From contig JBFGJH010000005.1 in the NCBI GenBank assembly GCA_041577335.1, positions 1 to 64,000 on the forward strand: a DNA stretch of 64,000 bases, given 5' to 3'. The position numbers and the translations under genes were made by a program. The notes under the pieces are model-generated. The model searched no databases and was not told where the DNA came from. It saw only the letters and a program-made list of their open reading frames with translations. Below are positions 41,511 through 51,229 of the stretch, one piece after another; the first letter of the stretch is position 1, and each line of letters begins with the position of its first letter. This DNA is from Acidimicrobiia bacterium (lineage in GTDB: Bacteria; Actinomycetota; Acidimicrobiia; Spongiisociales; JAENVV01).

Positions 41511-42527
41511 ATGTCGAATATCCGATGGAAGCTCGCCGATTCCGATCAGCCCCAGTTGGCGATGTTCGGTCGAGCTCGGCGCCACGTGGGCAGGGGCGAG
41601 TACCGGGGACTCGAGTTTCTCGAAGTGGAAACCAAGAAGCTGATCACCAAGACGCCCGGCGGCCCCCGCTACGGCTTTGCGTACAGCATCAACGCCTACC
41701 GGGGTTGCTCTCATGCCTGCACATATTGCTTTGCTCGGCCCACGCACGAATACCTGAACCTGAACGGGGCCGAAGACTTCGAATCCAAGATCGTTGTGAA
41801 GACCAATGCCATCGAACGCGCCCGTCATGAGATGGCGCCGGCCCGGTGGGCGGGTGAGCTCATCGCGATGGGAACGAACACCGACCCGTACCAGCCGGCC
41901 GAGGGGAAGTATCGGCTCACCCGGGGCATCCTCGAGGTGATGGTCGAATACGGCAACCCCACTGCCATTCTCACGAAGTCACCGCTTGCCCTGCGCGACA
42001 TCGAGATGATCAAGGAGCTGAGCATGAGGGCCGACGTTCGGGTCGACTTCTCGGTTGGAACCCTCGATGACGAGGTTTGGAAGGCAACCGAGCCCGGTAC
42101 TCCCCATCCTCGCCGGCGCATCGAGGCAGTAGCCAGATTCCGGGAGGCCGGCATCCAATCTGGCGTATTGATGGGGCCCATCCTTCCGGGCCTATCAGAC
42201 AGTCCCGAGCAGCTCGCAGAGGTCGTCGAAGCAGCCGCGGCGGCCGGGGCCGTCTCGATTGGAGGCATCCCGCTCCACCTCAAGGGCTCCGTCGCTCAGC
42301 ACTATTACGACAAACTCGACGAGTTTCGGCCCGACCTCATCCCTCGCTATCGCCGCCACTTCGCAGGTCGCGGCGAGGCACCGAAGGAATACTCGGATCG
42401 TATCTTTGCCACCTTGAAAGAGCTCGAGAAGGGGCGGACTCCCGATCGCCTTGATCCGGTGGACGACGCGACGAACCCCCCAGCAGGAGAGCCACATGGC
42501 TACAACCAGCTGAACTTGCCCGTGTGA
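41511..42527 (+). CDS. Rv2578c-family (SplB-like) radical SAM protein
   Basis: SINAYRGCSHACTYCFAR, GTNTDPYQPAE, LTKS, EPGTP.P..R; preceded by an SOS box. Confidence 0.92.
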   Translation: MSNIRWKLADSDQPQLAMFGRARRHVGRGEYRGLEFLEVETKKLITKTPGGPRYGFAYSINAYRGCSHACTYCFARPTHEYLNLNGAEDFESKIVVKTNAIERARHEMAPARWAGELIAMGTNTDPYQPAEGKYRLTRGILEVMVEYGNPTAILTKSPLALRDIEMIKELSMRADVRVDFSVGTLDDEVWKATEPGTPHPRRRIEAVARFREAGIQSGVLMGPILPGLSDSPEQLAEVVEAAAAAGAVSIGGIPLHLKGSVAQHYYDKLDEFRPDLIPRYRRHFAGRGEAPKEYSDRIFATLKELEKGRTPDRLDPVDDATNPPAGEPHGYNQLNLPV

Positions 42528-42540
42528 AGCGGTCGCTTCG

Positions 42541-43332
42541 CTAGTCGACTGTGGAGGACGCATACGTGAGCGACTGTCCGCTCCTGGAATTCAGGATGAG
42601 CGTTCCATCTACCAGCCGCACGCGGAATCCGTCGCCCAGCACGCCGACCACCAGCGAATCCTGGACGGCGAGATCCGAGGGGCATTCGCCCTCGGCGGTG
42701 AGCGTGGGAAACAAGAGCTCACCTCCGAATACACTCCACGTGCCTCGCAAGTCTCGACATCCGGTCGAAGCCACCACGTCACCGGCTCCGCTCAACCGCA
42801 GCAGTGCCGGTTCACCACCCGGATCCGTGGCCCCGTCGCCGGAGCCCAGAGTGACCAGCCGCCATTCGATGTCGACAAATGCCCGCTCGTCCACGCCGGC
42901 GACCGAATGGAATCGGAGGCTGGTCCCTTCTCGGCCTGTCAGCACGAGCTTGCCGTCGGTCAGTTGAACGCGATCTACGCGGCCGAGTGCTGCGAAATAG
43001 CGTGCTTCGGCTTTCATCACAGGCGGGGGACCGCAATCGACGGCGGTCGAAGCTACCTCGTCGATCATGGCGACTCCGTCGACAAACGAAGCGTCGCCCC
43101 CGTAGGAGTTGCATCCACCCGACCCGCCCACCTGGTCGCCGCTCACGACCAACGTGATTGGGTAGCCGTCCAAGGGCTCGACGGGAAGGCCGAAGCTTTC
43201 GCTGCTCTCCAGCTCCCACGTGCCCAGCAAAACGTCGAGTGACGGCACCGAAGCCATGGCCGGGGCCGATTCGGGAACGGACGTACAGGCCAAGAGAAGT
43301 GCCAGCGCTCCAGCTACGAGCCTGATTGTCAT
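42541..43332 (-). CDS. Lipoprotein with two META domains
   Basis: LLAC lipobox; W.L...G.GGCN.Y.G...T...C and W.L...STGCR...T...C. Confidence 0.85.
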   Translation of the reverse strand: MTIRLVAGALALLLACTSVPESAPAMASVPSLDVLLGTWELESSESFGLPVEPLDGYPITLVVSGDQVGGSGGCNSYGGDASFVDGVAMIDEVASTAVDCGPPPVMKAEARYFAALGRVDRVQLTDGKLVLTGREGTSLRFHSVAGVDERAFVDIEWRLVTLGSGDGATDPGGEPALLRLSGAGDVVASTGCRDLRGTWSVFGGELLFPTLTAEGECPSDLAVQDSLVVGVLGDGFRVRLVDGTLILNSRSGQSLTYASSTVD

Positions 43333-43449
43333 AGCTTTGCGACGCTAGCCGGCCAGAGCCGGTTCCCGGCGCGACATATTCTTGGGCCTGCAGCAAGAGA
43401 AGGCCCAATGCGGGGCCGCATCACCCCTTTCATCGCATAACATCCACCC

Positions 43450-44241
43450 ATGGAATACTCGCCGATCTGTCCCGCGCCCGTGCGCCGAGCCGTGATGGTG
43501 CAACAGTGGCAAGAGCTGACGATGCTCCATTGGCCGATCGATCCTGCCGCCCTCGCTCAGGCACTGCCGCCTGGCATCGAGCCGGACCTGTATGACGGAA
43601 AGGCCTGGATTGGGCTCGTGCCATTCTCGATGCGGAACATCAGACTGCCGTGGGGGCCACCACTCCCCTGGTTGTCGTCCTTCCCCGAGACCAACGTCCG
43701 CACGTATGTCACGGGGGCTCGCGGGCCAGGCATCTACTTCTATTCGCTCGATATCACCAGGCTGGTACCGACCCTGGTGGCCCGCTACACCTATCGCCTG
43801 CCATACATGTGGGCGAAGATGCGGATGGCACGAACGCCGGGCAGGGTGTTCTATGAAGGTCGGCGGCGCTGGCCGGGCCCAATCGGGGCGAACAGCCGTG
43901 TGCACGCCGATATCGGCCGGGCCATCCCTCATGAAGAGCTCACCCAACAAGACATCTTCTTCACAGCTCGGTGGGGTCTCTACTCAACCCTCGAGCGCGG
44001 GCTCGCCTATGCGCCGGTTGAACACGAGCCCTGGCCGCTCCATCGAGCCACCGCTCTCGATGTTGAGGAGAACCTCATCGAAGCCGCCGGGTTCCAACGA
44101 CCGGACCGCGATCCGATCGTGCACTACTCGCCAGGGGTGACCGTTCGCATCGGAATGCCTGGGCTCGTGGAAGCACCGGTGAGAGTATCGATGCGCTCGC
44201 GGCTGCGCGTCGGCAGTCGTGCCGAGCCGGCCTCGGTCTGA
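43450..44241 (+). CDS. YqjF / DUF2071 family protein
   Basis: M.Q.W..L..LHW, D.YDG.AWIGLVPF.M, FPETNVRTYV, H.PWPL. Confidence 0.92.
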   Translation: MEYSPICPAPVRRAVMVQQWQELTMLHWPIDPAALAQALPPGIEPDLYDGKAWIGLVPFSMRNIRLPWGPPLPWLSSFPETNVRTYVTGARGPGIYFYSLDITRLVPTLVARYTYRLPYMWAKMRMARTPGRVFYEGRRRWPGPIGANSRVHADIGRAIPHEELTQQDIFFTARWGLYSTLERGLAYAPVEHEPWPLHRATALDVEENLIEAAGFQRPDRDPIVHYSPGVTVRIGMPGLVEAPVRVSMRSRLRVGSRAEPASV

Positions 44242-44820
44242 TCAGGCGCGGCGGAACACCACGTCGCCTGGCTCGACGCGAAAACGGTGACCGATATCAC
44301 CGAGCGAGAGCACAAAACCCCGGGTCCCGTCCTGAAGAAACGAGCGATGGTCGGCAACCCGGTCGTCGTCGGCGGCGGGGTCGCGCAGCAGGAACTTGGT
44401 GAACGGCACACACGGCCGGGCAACCGCGGCCGCCTGAAGGGGATGTTGCCCTGACCCCGTTTCGACCATCAGGCCGCCGGACAGCTCGGCTTCGGTCACC
44501 CTCCCGCGATGATCGACCAGGATATTCTCGGCGGCGATGCCCAGCGGTGCCCACCCAAACTTGTTCTCCATCGCCTCGTAATGACCGGTGAAACCAATCG
44601 ACAGCTGCCGTCCCGGCTGGAATTGGCGAAGCCCGGGATGGTCCTCGTGGTGAAAGTCCAGCACCGCCCCGCTACCGGTGATGCCTACCGCCCCGGCCCT
44701 CGACAGCCACAAGGCCTCCACCGGGCAGATCAAGTCGGCGTCGTACAACGAATCGTGGACGACCTCGGCCGCATGGATCTGCGTTTTGATCACCGGGCCC
44801 AGCCGAACCCATTCACTCAT
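44242..44820 (-). CDS. Hypothetical protein, MOSC-like
   Basis: RQLS, AENILV, ARPCVPF, RGF...V..GD.V resemble the MOSC pattern; coupled to the upstream gene. Confidence 0.6.
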   Translation of the reverse strand: MSEWVRLGPVIKTQIHAAEVVHDSLYDADLICPVEALWLSRAGAVGITGSGAVLDFHHEDHPGLRQFQPGRQLSIGFTGHYEAMENKFGWAPLGIAAENILVDHRGRVTEAELSGGLMVETGSGQHPLQAAAVARPCVPFTKFLLRDPAADDDRVADHRSFLQDGTRGFVLSLGDIGHRFRVEPGDVVFRRA

Positions 44821-45622
44821 GCCATTCCTCCGGTCCTCCCGAGCCTCGTGCGATCATCAGATCTTTCAGAGTATCGGGCCGATCGGTGATGAGCCCGTCA
44901 ACTCCCATGTCGAGAAGGCGGATCATGTCGGCGCGCTCGTTGACTGTCCAAACATGAATCTGTTTGCCCGAGGCGTGGGCCGCCTCGATCAAGCGTGATG
45001 TGAGCACCCGTGTCCTTCCGTATGTTTCCGGGATCTGGAGTGCGTCGGCGCGAACCTTCAGTGGGCGGCCGAGCCGGGCGGCGCCCATGGCGGCGAGCGT
45101 CTCGCGTGGTCCCGACGAGGTTGCCACCCGCCCGCCGGTCAGCTTCCGAAACCGGCGGATGCGAGCATCCGAAAACGACCCGACGATGACCCGATCCCAG
45201 AGATTCAGGCGGTAGACCACCTCCACCAGCAGCTGCTCAATGCCAGATTGCTTCAGGTCGAGTGTGAGCAGCGTGTTCGGAAAGGTGGTTGCCAGCTCTT
45301 CCAAGGTTGGTATTCGCACCCCCCGCCCTCTGTGAGGGAAGTGATGGATGGGATCGAACCGGTATGCAGCATCGCACTCGCGGAGCTCATCCCAAGTCCA
45401 CTTGGAGATCCTGCCGTGGTGGTCCGTGGTGCGGTTGAGTGTGTCGTCGTGAAAAAGCACGACCTTCCCGTCGGACGTGGCGTGAAGATCTGTTTCGAGG
45501 AACCGGTATCCGAGATCGATGGCACCCTGGAAGGCGACCATCGTGTTTTCGGGCCAGAGCTCGCGCGAGCCTCGGTGCGCCAGCGCGATAGGCCATTCGT
45601 GCGTCAAGACTTCCCTGGGCAT
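44813..45622 (-). CDS. Glycerophosphodiester phosphodiesterase
   Basis: AHRG...PENT..AF, ETD.H.T.DG..V.FHD..L.RTT, WTVN, GVDGLITDRP. Confidence 0.95.
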   Translation of the reverse strand: MPREVLTHEWPIALAHRGSRELWPENTMVAFQGAIDLGYRFLETDLHATSDGKVVLFHDDTLNRTTDHHGRISKWTWDELRECDAAYRFDPIHHFPHRGRGVRIPTLEELATTFPNTLLTLDLKQSGIEQLLVEVVYRLNLWDRVIVGSFSDARIRRFRKLTGGRVATSSGPRETLAAMGAARLGRPLKVRADALQIPETYGRTRVLTSRLIEAAHASGKQIHVWTVNERADMIRLLDMGVDGLITDRPDTLKDLMIARGSGGPEEWHE

Positions 45623-45654
45623 GCCCGGCAGTGTATTCCAGGTAGATTCGCCTG

Positions 45655-46284
45655 ATGATCAGACGCGTATTCCTCGATTCCGCCACCGTAGTACGAGAAG
45701 CACTTGGCCAGCCCACGATCTCCGACCACTGGAACGACGACAGCGCCCTCGCCGGTTATCAGGTCAGCGGCCTCGCCGGACACACGGCGCGGGCGATTCT
45801 GACGCCGCTGTCTTACCTCAATCTGCCTGCCCCCAGCGACCGACCGGTCGGGCCCGCCGAGTACTTCACGCTGGGCTTGGGCGACCTCGATCCCATCGCC
45901 AGTCCGGAGCATGCCGGTGCTCGCAGGCGAGGGGCCGAAGCCGCCGCGGGTGGCCCCAGCCACTTGACCGGACAGGTTGTCACCGCGCTGATCGAGCTCC
46001 ACGAGCTCCTCGAGGTGACCGAGCCGGATCGACTCGTGACGGTCTTCTCCGGCCGCTGCATGACCATCGACGACTACCTCATCACCAGGATCGTCGAGAT
46101 TGTCATCCATCTCGACGATCTTGCATGCAGTGTCCCCGACCCGCTTCCCGCTCCCCCCGGCGAGGCCGTTGACATAACGCTGGCCACCGCAGTCGAGATC
46201 GCTGCCATCCGACACGGCCACACCGCCCTTCTCAGAGCCCTCACACGTCGCGAACGAGTCGCCGAATACCCACACGCCTTCTGA
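45655..46284 (+). CDS. Maleylpyruvate isomerase N-terminal (DinB superfamily) protein
   Basis: W...S.L.G..V..LAGH, TRIVEIVIHLDDL. Confidence 0.85.
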   Translation: MIRRVFLDSATVVREALGQPTISDHWNDDSALAGYQVSGLAGHTARAILTPLSYLNLPAPSDRPVGPAEYFTLGLGDLDPIASPEHAGARRRGAEAAAGGPSHLTGQVVTALIELHELLEVTEPDRLVTVFSGRCMTIDDYLITRIVEIVIHLDDLACSVPDPLPAPPGEAVDITLATAVEIAAIRHGHTALLRALTRRERVAEYPHAF

Positions 46285-46362
46285 TCCAGATCTCCCTGCG
46301 GAGTCGGGAACCCATCGATCCATGGCCGACGTCTCATCCGCAATGACCATGAGGGAGATACC

Positions 46363-47130
46363 ATGCGCAAGAGGATCATCGGATTGGCAGCCATATTGGG
46401 CGTCATCGGTAGCGCGTGCGGCGCGGCGGCCGCCCAGCCCCAGCAGGCTGTGTCGACAGGAGGAATCGTGGCTGCAGCTCAAGGAGAATCGCCGTCTGTG
46501 ATGGCACCGGGGATCTCCGTACAGGGAACCGGCATCGTCAGCGGTATCCCTGATGTGCTCTCGATCACAGTGGGAATCCAAGTGACCAACACCACCGTGA
46601 AGGGGTCCCTTGATGCGGCGGGAACCGATTCGCAGGCGCTCCTGGCCGTGTTCGATTCCTACGGCATCCCGAAAGACAAGGTCCAGTCAGGACGACTCTC
46701 CGTCTATCCCCGGTATGACTACAGCGGAGAACAAGAGCGAATCGTCGGGTACCAGGTCTCCACGACCTACACCGTGCAGATGGCCGAGATCGACCGAGTG
46801 GGCGAAATGCTGGATGAGGCAGGAGACGCCGTCGGCAACAACTTGATTGTCCAGTCGATCGGCTTCTCACTCGAGGACGATGCCGACCTGCTGATCAGTG
46901 CCCGGGACGCCGCCTATGCCGACGCTCGAGCCAAAGCCGAACAACTCGCCGCGCTGGCCGGTGTCACCCTCGGCGCTCCCCAGTGGATCAGCGAGGGCAC
47001 CACCGTCGCTCCCCCGGTCGTCTTCGCCGGACGGGCCGCAGCTCTTGATGAGGCCGCCGCGATCGGCGTGGAAGCCGGCTCCACCGATGTGCGAGTCACC
47101 TTGGACGTCGTTTTCTCGATCGGGAACTGA
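46363..47130 (+). CDS. SIMPL (DUF541) domain lipoprotein
   Basis: GSAC lipobox; ISV.G.G.V...PD, A..DA..KAE.LA...GV.LG....ISE. Confidence 0.92.
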   Translation: MRKRIIGLAAILGVIGSACGAAAAQPQQAVSTGGIVAAAQGESPSVMAPGISVQGTGIVSGIPDVLSITVGIQVTNTTVKGSLDAAGTDSQALLAVFDSYGIPKDKVQSGRLSVYPRYDYSGEQERIVGYQVSTTYTVQMAEIDRVGEMLDEAGDAVGNNLIVQSIGFSLEDDADLLISARDAAYADARAKAEQLAALAGVTLGAPQWISEGTTVAPPVVFAGRAAALDEAAAIGVEAGSTDVRVTLDVVFSIGN

Positions 47131-47144
47131 GCTCTTAAACGTCA

Positions 47145-47172
47145 AGTGGGAGAGCCCGAAGGCTCTCCCACT
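47145..47172. terminator. Hairpin terminator between convergent genes
   Basis: Perfect 12-bp stem AGTGGGAGAGCC-CGAA-GGCTCTCCCACT. Confidence 0.8.
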
Positions 47173-47193
47173 CATCGTGGTTTGTTTTTGGTC

Positions 47194-47613
47194 CTAGCTT
47201 CGGTACCAGACAGAACCTGCGTGGACCGAATCAGTCAACGTGCCTTGGCTCGAGAAGAACGTCACTGTCGCCGTTCCGAACGATGATGCGGCACCGTCGC
47301 AACGCAACGTGAATGTGACCGTCATCTGGACCCCCGTGGGATCTCCGGTGCCGGTACCCGATATTCCACCGCCTCCGCAGAACGGAGAAGAGTCATCGGC
47401 GATCGACACGAGCGAGAGGCGAACCGGCCCCGAGGTCGTCTGCCCATCAGGCAACAGCCGACGAGGACTGATCGACAGGCTCAGGTTGCTGCCATCCGAG
47501 AGATCCACCGCTGACCAGTCGCCTCGAAACGACTGCGGCGAGGCTCCTGCTACCGGAGCCAACGTTGCCAATGCCATCGCTACAGCCGCGACGACGATCA
47601 AAGCTCTTTTCAT
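47194..47613 (-). CDS. Small secreted hypothetical protein
   Basis: MKRALIVVAAVAMALATLAPVAGA signal peptide; two Cys; beta-rich. Confidence 0.72.
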   Translation of the reverse strand: MKRALIVVAAVAMALATLAPVAGASPQSFRGDWSAVDLSDGSNLSLSISPRRLLPDGQTTSGPVRLSLVSIADDSSPFCGGGGISGTGTGDPTGVQMTVTFTLRCDGAASSFGTATVTFFSSQGTLTDSVHAGSVWYRS

Positions 47614-47666
47614 TCCCAACCCCCGTATGTCTCGGTCAATTACAAACCGAAAGATACGTCACGGAG

Positions 47667-47724
47667 GGTGACTATGTGGTGACTATTTATTGAGCCGTTA
47701 AGCTTTTGTTAAGGACTAGTCACC
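47667..47724. promoter_or_regulatory. Cluster of 11-bp-periodic direct repeats (putative transcription factor sites)
   Basis: GGTGACTAT at 47667 and 47678; GTTAAG at 47697 and 47708; inverted TAGTCACC at 47717. Confidence 0.55.
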
Positions 47725-47731
47725 AATGGAT

Positions 47732-48142
47732 TCAGTCGGAAACGAGATAGACCGTCAGAGATAGCTTCCCGTCGCCGCCCTTGCCGAGCGCCACGCCGAT
47801 GGAGTCGTTGAGAAACAACATAGCCTCGGCGGCGGTTGCGAAAGTGAGCAGCTCGCGTGGATGCGCCACTCCCTGCTCCTCGCCGGCCAGGGAGACACCG
47901 GAAGCCGAATAGGAGACCTTTTCGCGACCTGATCCGATGACGCCGCGGATGTCGAGATCCATCGTGCCGTCGCTACGCACTGTGGCATAGTCCACTCCCT
48001 TCACCGGGCGCTCACCGTCCCAATGCACGCTCGTCGCAGTGCCTTCAAATGGGAAATCGATGCGCATGCCCGCCGGCGTATTCCCGATGATCGACATGCC
48101 GAGGTCGGCGGATATGACGCAGAACTCTTCGAGATGGGGCAT
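47732..48142 (-). CDS. DUF3237-like beta-barrel protein
   Basis: G.TP.G.R, G.D...VR.DG...LD.R..I, F.TA......LN. Confidence 0.75.
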   Translation of the reverse strand: MPHLEEFCVISADLGMSIIGNTPAGMRIDFPFEGTATSVHWDGERPVKGVDYATVRSDGTMDLDIRGVIGSGREKVSYSASGVSLAGEEQGVAHPRELLTFATAAEAMLFLNDSIGVALGKGGDGKLSLTVYLVSD

Positions 48143-48176
48143 CCGTGAGACTCCTCAGATTGGCTTGGGTTGGACC

Positions 48177-48702
48177 CTACCGCTCTGGACAGTCCGCCGA
48201 TTGCGACGGCGGCCAGGTGGCATGGTCGTTCACCCACACCACTTCCCCGTCGTCGTCGGTCTTGCCAGAAGATCGGAGACCGAGCCTGGTGGCGACGGCG
48301 TGGGAAGCGGAGTTGTCGGGATGAATATGAGCGAGGAGCGCCGTAACGCCATTGCCCTCGAGCCATTCGCACACCGCCCGGGCAGCCTCGGTCGCCAATC
48401 CTCGGTTCTGCCATTCCAGGCCGATGACCCACGCCAGATCAGCGCCTGCCGGGCGGACCGTCGCTTGAACGATCCCGATCGTGACTCCCTGCAAGCGCAC
48501 CACCCACGTGAGCCATGCCTCCTCATCGTCGCCGGACCCCGCCGGCATCCGCTCGAACCTCGTCCGCAGGACATCGCGGGGTGAGCTCGGCCCCACCGAT
48601 GAACTGGAGCATTGCCGGATCATCGAACACTCCGACGAGCGAGCCGGCATCGTCCAGCGTGATCGGGTCGAGCCCCAGCCGGGGCGTGTCGAGCCTCTCC
48701 AT
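48177..48702 (-). pseudogene. RimJ/RimL-type GNAT acetyltransferase with a frameshift near 48578-48581
   Basis: N-half [13 protein letters not shown]...FIGGAELT in one frame; C-half RDVLRTRF...WQNRGLATEA...IHPDNSASHAVA..LG in another. Confidence 0.8.
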
Positions 48703-48743
48703 TCGCAGCACGTCGGGATTCTTGCACGCCAGCATTTGGTTCT

Positions 48744-48772
48744 TTGACGAACGAACGTTCGTTTCATATGAT
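48744..48772 (+). promoter_or_regulatory. paaA promoter (TTGACG-N17-TATGAT) with a palindromic operator in the spacer
   Basis: Perfect palindrome AACGAACGTTCGTT at 48750-48763; ATG 6 nt after the -10. Confidence 0.8.
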
Positions 48773-48778
48773 GCGATC

Positions 48779-49702
48779 ATGGAGCAAGCAGCCCTTTTTC
48801 AGCAGGTCATCGACGATGAGCAAAAGATCGAGCCGCGAGACTGGATGCCAGACGGCTACCGGCAAACGCTCATTCGGCAGATCGCCCAACACGCCCACTC
48901 CGAGGTGATCGGCATGCAGCCCGAGGGCAACTGGATCACCCGAGCGCCGAGCCTGAAACGAAAAGCGATCCTGATGGCCAAGGTCCAGGACGAAGCCGGG
49001 CACGGGCTGTATCTCTACAGCGCAGCAGAGACGCTCGGAGTCACCAGGGACGAGGTCGTCGACAAGCTCCACACCGGCCGGCACAAATACTCCTCGATAT
49101 TCAACTACCCCACCGTGACGTGGGCCGACATCGGCGCCATCGGTTGGCTTGTAGACGGCGCCGCGATCACCAACCAAGTGATGCTCACTCGTTGCTCATA
49201 CGGTCCCTACGCCCGCGCCATGGTCCGGATATGCAAGGAGGAGAGTTTCCACCAGCGGCAGGGATACGAGATCATGCTGACGCTTTCAAAGGGCACTCCG
49301 GCGCAAAAAGACATGGCGCAAGATGCCCTCGACAGGTGGTGGTGGCCCTCCCTCATGATGTTCGGGCCTCCCGACGCTGACTCCACCCATTCGGAACAGT
49401 CCATGGAATGGAAGATCAAACGGGTGTCGAATGACGACCTGCGCCAGCAGTTCATCGACATGACGGTCCCCCAGGCCGAGTACCTCGGCCTGGCCATCCC
49501 AGACCCCGATCTCGCCTGGAACGAATCGCGCGGTCATTACGACATCGGGCCTATCGACTGGGACGAGTTCTGGGAGGTTGTCGCTGGACGAGGTCCCATG
49601 AATCAAGAACGCATCGATCACAAGAACCAGGTGTGGGACGACAACGCATGGGTGCGAGAGGCGGCATCGGCGCACGCCCGCAAACAAAGGAAGACTGCCT
49701 GA
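48779..49702 (+). CDS. paaA: Phenylacetyl-CoA epoxidase subunit A
   Basis: [46 protein letters not shown]. Confidence 0.97.
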   Translation: MEQAALFQQVIDDEQKIEPRDWMPDGYRQTLIRQIAQHAHSEVIGMQPEGNWITRAPSLKRKAILMAKVQDEAGHGLYLYSAAETLGVTRDEVVDKLHTGRHKYSSIFNYPTVTWADIGAIGWLVDGAAITNQVMLTRCSYGPYARAMVRICKEESFHQRQGYEIMLTLSKGTPAQKDMAQDALDRWWWPSLMMFGPPDADSTHSEQSMEWKIKRVSNDDLRQQFIDMTVPQAEYLGLAIPDPDLAWNESRGHYDIGPIDWDEFWEVVAGRGPMNQERIDHKNQVWDDNAWVREAASAHARKQRKTA

Positions 49703-50034
49703 TGGTGTACGAAGGTCATGGCGCCCCAGACGACGCCCCAACGGACGGGAGCGGCACCAGCGAGTGGCCACTCTGGGAAGTGTTCATCCGTGCCCGGCGC
49801 GGCATGTCCCACATCCATGCCGGAAGCCTCCACGCACCCGACAGCGAAACTGCTCTGCAAAACGCCCGGGACGTGTACACCCGCAGACGGGAAGGAACGT
49901 CGGTCTGGGTGGTCCCATCAACTGCGATCGCAGCCTCCGACCCCCATGACGAGGGCCTGCTGGCGTCCTCGGATGACAAGCCGTATCGGCACCCGACCTT
50001 CTATGAGATCCCTGAAGAAGTGGGGCACATGTGA
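49702..50034 (+). CDS. paaB: Phenylacetyl-CoA epoxidase subunit B
   Basis: WPLWEVF.R, GSLHAPD...AL.NARDVYTRR.EG.S.WVV, DK.YRHP.FY. Confidence 0.96.
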   Translation: MVYEGHGAPDDAPTDGSGTSEWPLWEVFIRARRGMSHIHAGSLHAPDSETALQNARDVYTRRREGTSVWVVPSTAIAASDPHDEGLLASSDDKPYRHPTFYEIPEEVGHM

Positions 50035-50774
50035 GCGCCCTCTTCACCTACCTGCTGCGCCTTGCCGACGATCGACTGATCCTGTCCCATCGCCTTGGCG
50101 AATGGTCGTCGCGGGCGCCCGACCTCGAGGAGGATATTGCCCTCACCAATATCGGCCTCGACCTATTGGGTCATGCCCGCTCGCTCTATCAATACGCAGC
50201 CGAGGTAGAGGGGGCAGGACGAGACGAAGACGCTCTGGCGTTCCATCGAGACGAGAGGGAATTCTTCAACCTGGTGCTGGTAGAGCAGCCCAACGGATCT
50301 TTCGCCGACACGATCGCCCGTCAGTTCCTTTTCGACGCGTTCCAACTCCCCCAGTGGAAGGCGCTGATGGGCAGCTCGGACGAACGCCTCGCGGCCATCG
50401 CTGCCAAGGCCCACAAGGAAGCCCAATATCATCTCCGCCACTCCCGCAGCTGGGTCGTCAGGCTGGGAGACGGAACCGACCTTTCTCACGACCGCATGCA
50501 GAAGGCACTGGTCAAGGTCTGGCGCTATTCAGCCGAGCTGTTCTGGAGCGATGAGATCGAGGACTCGCTGCCGGGAGTTGCCGTGCTACCCGAGACGCTT
50601 CGTTCGGAGTGGCAGGCGACGGTCACCGCTGCCATCGCCGACGCGACGCTGACTGTCCCTGACACGCCATCCACGCTTCTCTCGGGCCGAACCGGCATCC
50701 ACAGCGAGCCGCTCGGGCGGATCTTGGCAGAAATGCAATACCTGCCTCGGATGCATCCGGAGGCGGTGTGGTAA
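50031..50774 (+). CDS. paaC: Phenylacetyl-CoA epoxidase subunit C
   Basis: LRLADD.LIL..RL.EW...AP.LEEDIAL.NI.LD..G.AR, AIA.K..KE..YH, EMQYL.R.HP...W. Confidence 0.96.
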   Translation: MSALFTYLLRLADDRLILSHRLGEWSSRAPDLEEDIALTNIGLDLLGHARSLYQYAAEVEGAGRDEDALAFHRDEREFFNLVLVEQPNGSFADTIARQFLFDAFQLPQWKALMGSSDERLAAIAAKAHKEAQYHLRHSRSWVVRLGDGTDLSHDRMQKALVKVWRYSAELFWSDEIEDSLPGVAVLPETLRSEWQATVTAAIADATLTVPDTPSTLLSGRTGIHSEPLGRILAEMQYLPRMHPEAVW

Positions 50775-51229
50775 CCGAGGCGCAGGCATGGGAGGTTGCC
50801 GCCACCGTGGTGGACCCCGAGATCCCCGTCCTCACGATCGCCGACCTGGGCATCCTTCGTGAGGTTCACGTCGAAGGCGACAGTGTCGATATCGTCATCA
50901 CGCCGACGTATTCGGGATGCCCGGCCATGGACCAGATCCGCCAGGACATCGAAGCGGCTTTCCGGGCTATCGGCCTGGGCCCCGTCACGATATCCACCAA
51001 ACTTTCGCCTGCGTGGACAACCGACTGGATGTCGCCGGAGGGCAAGGCGAAGCTCAACGATTTCGGGATCGCCCCACCTCGAACAGGATCTGACGAGCCG
51101 ATCCTGTGCCCGCAATGCTCGGCAGGTGGCAGCCGGCTGGTGTCGGAGTTTGCATCGACTGCGTGCAAGGCCCTGCGGGTTTGTCAAAGCTGCGGCGAGC
51201 CTTTCGACCATTTCAAAGAGCTCCGATGA
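50768..51229 (+). CDS. paaD: Phenylacetyl-CoA epoxidase subunit D
   Basis: DPEIPVLTI.DLG, TPTYSGCPA, PAWTTDW, CP.C...ST.CKA...C..C.EPF..FK. Confidence 0.96.
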   Translation: MVTEAQAWEVAATVVDPEIPVLTIADLGILREVHVEGDSVDIVITPTYSGCPAMDQIRQDIEAAFRAIGLGPVTISTKLSPAWTTDWMSPEGKAKLNDFGIAPPRTGSDEPILCPQCSAGGSRLVSEFASTACKALRVCQSCGEPFDHFKELR

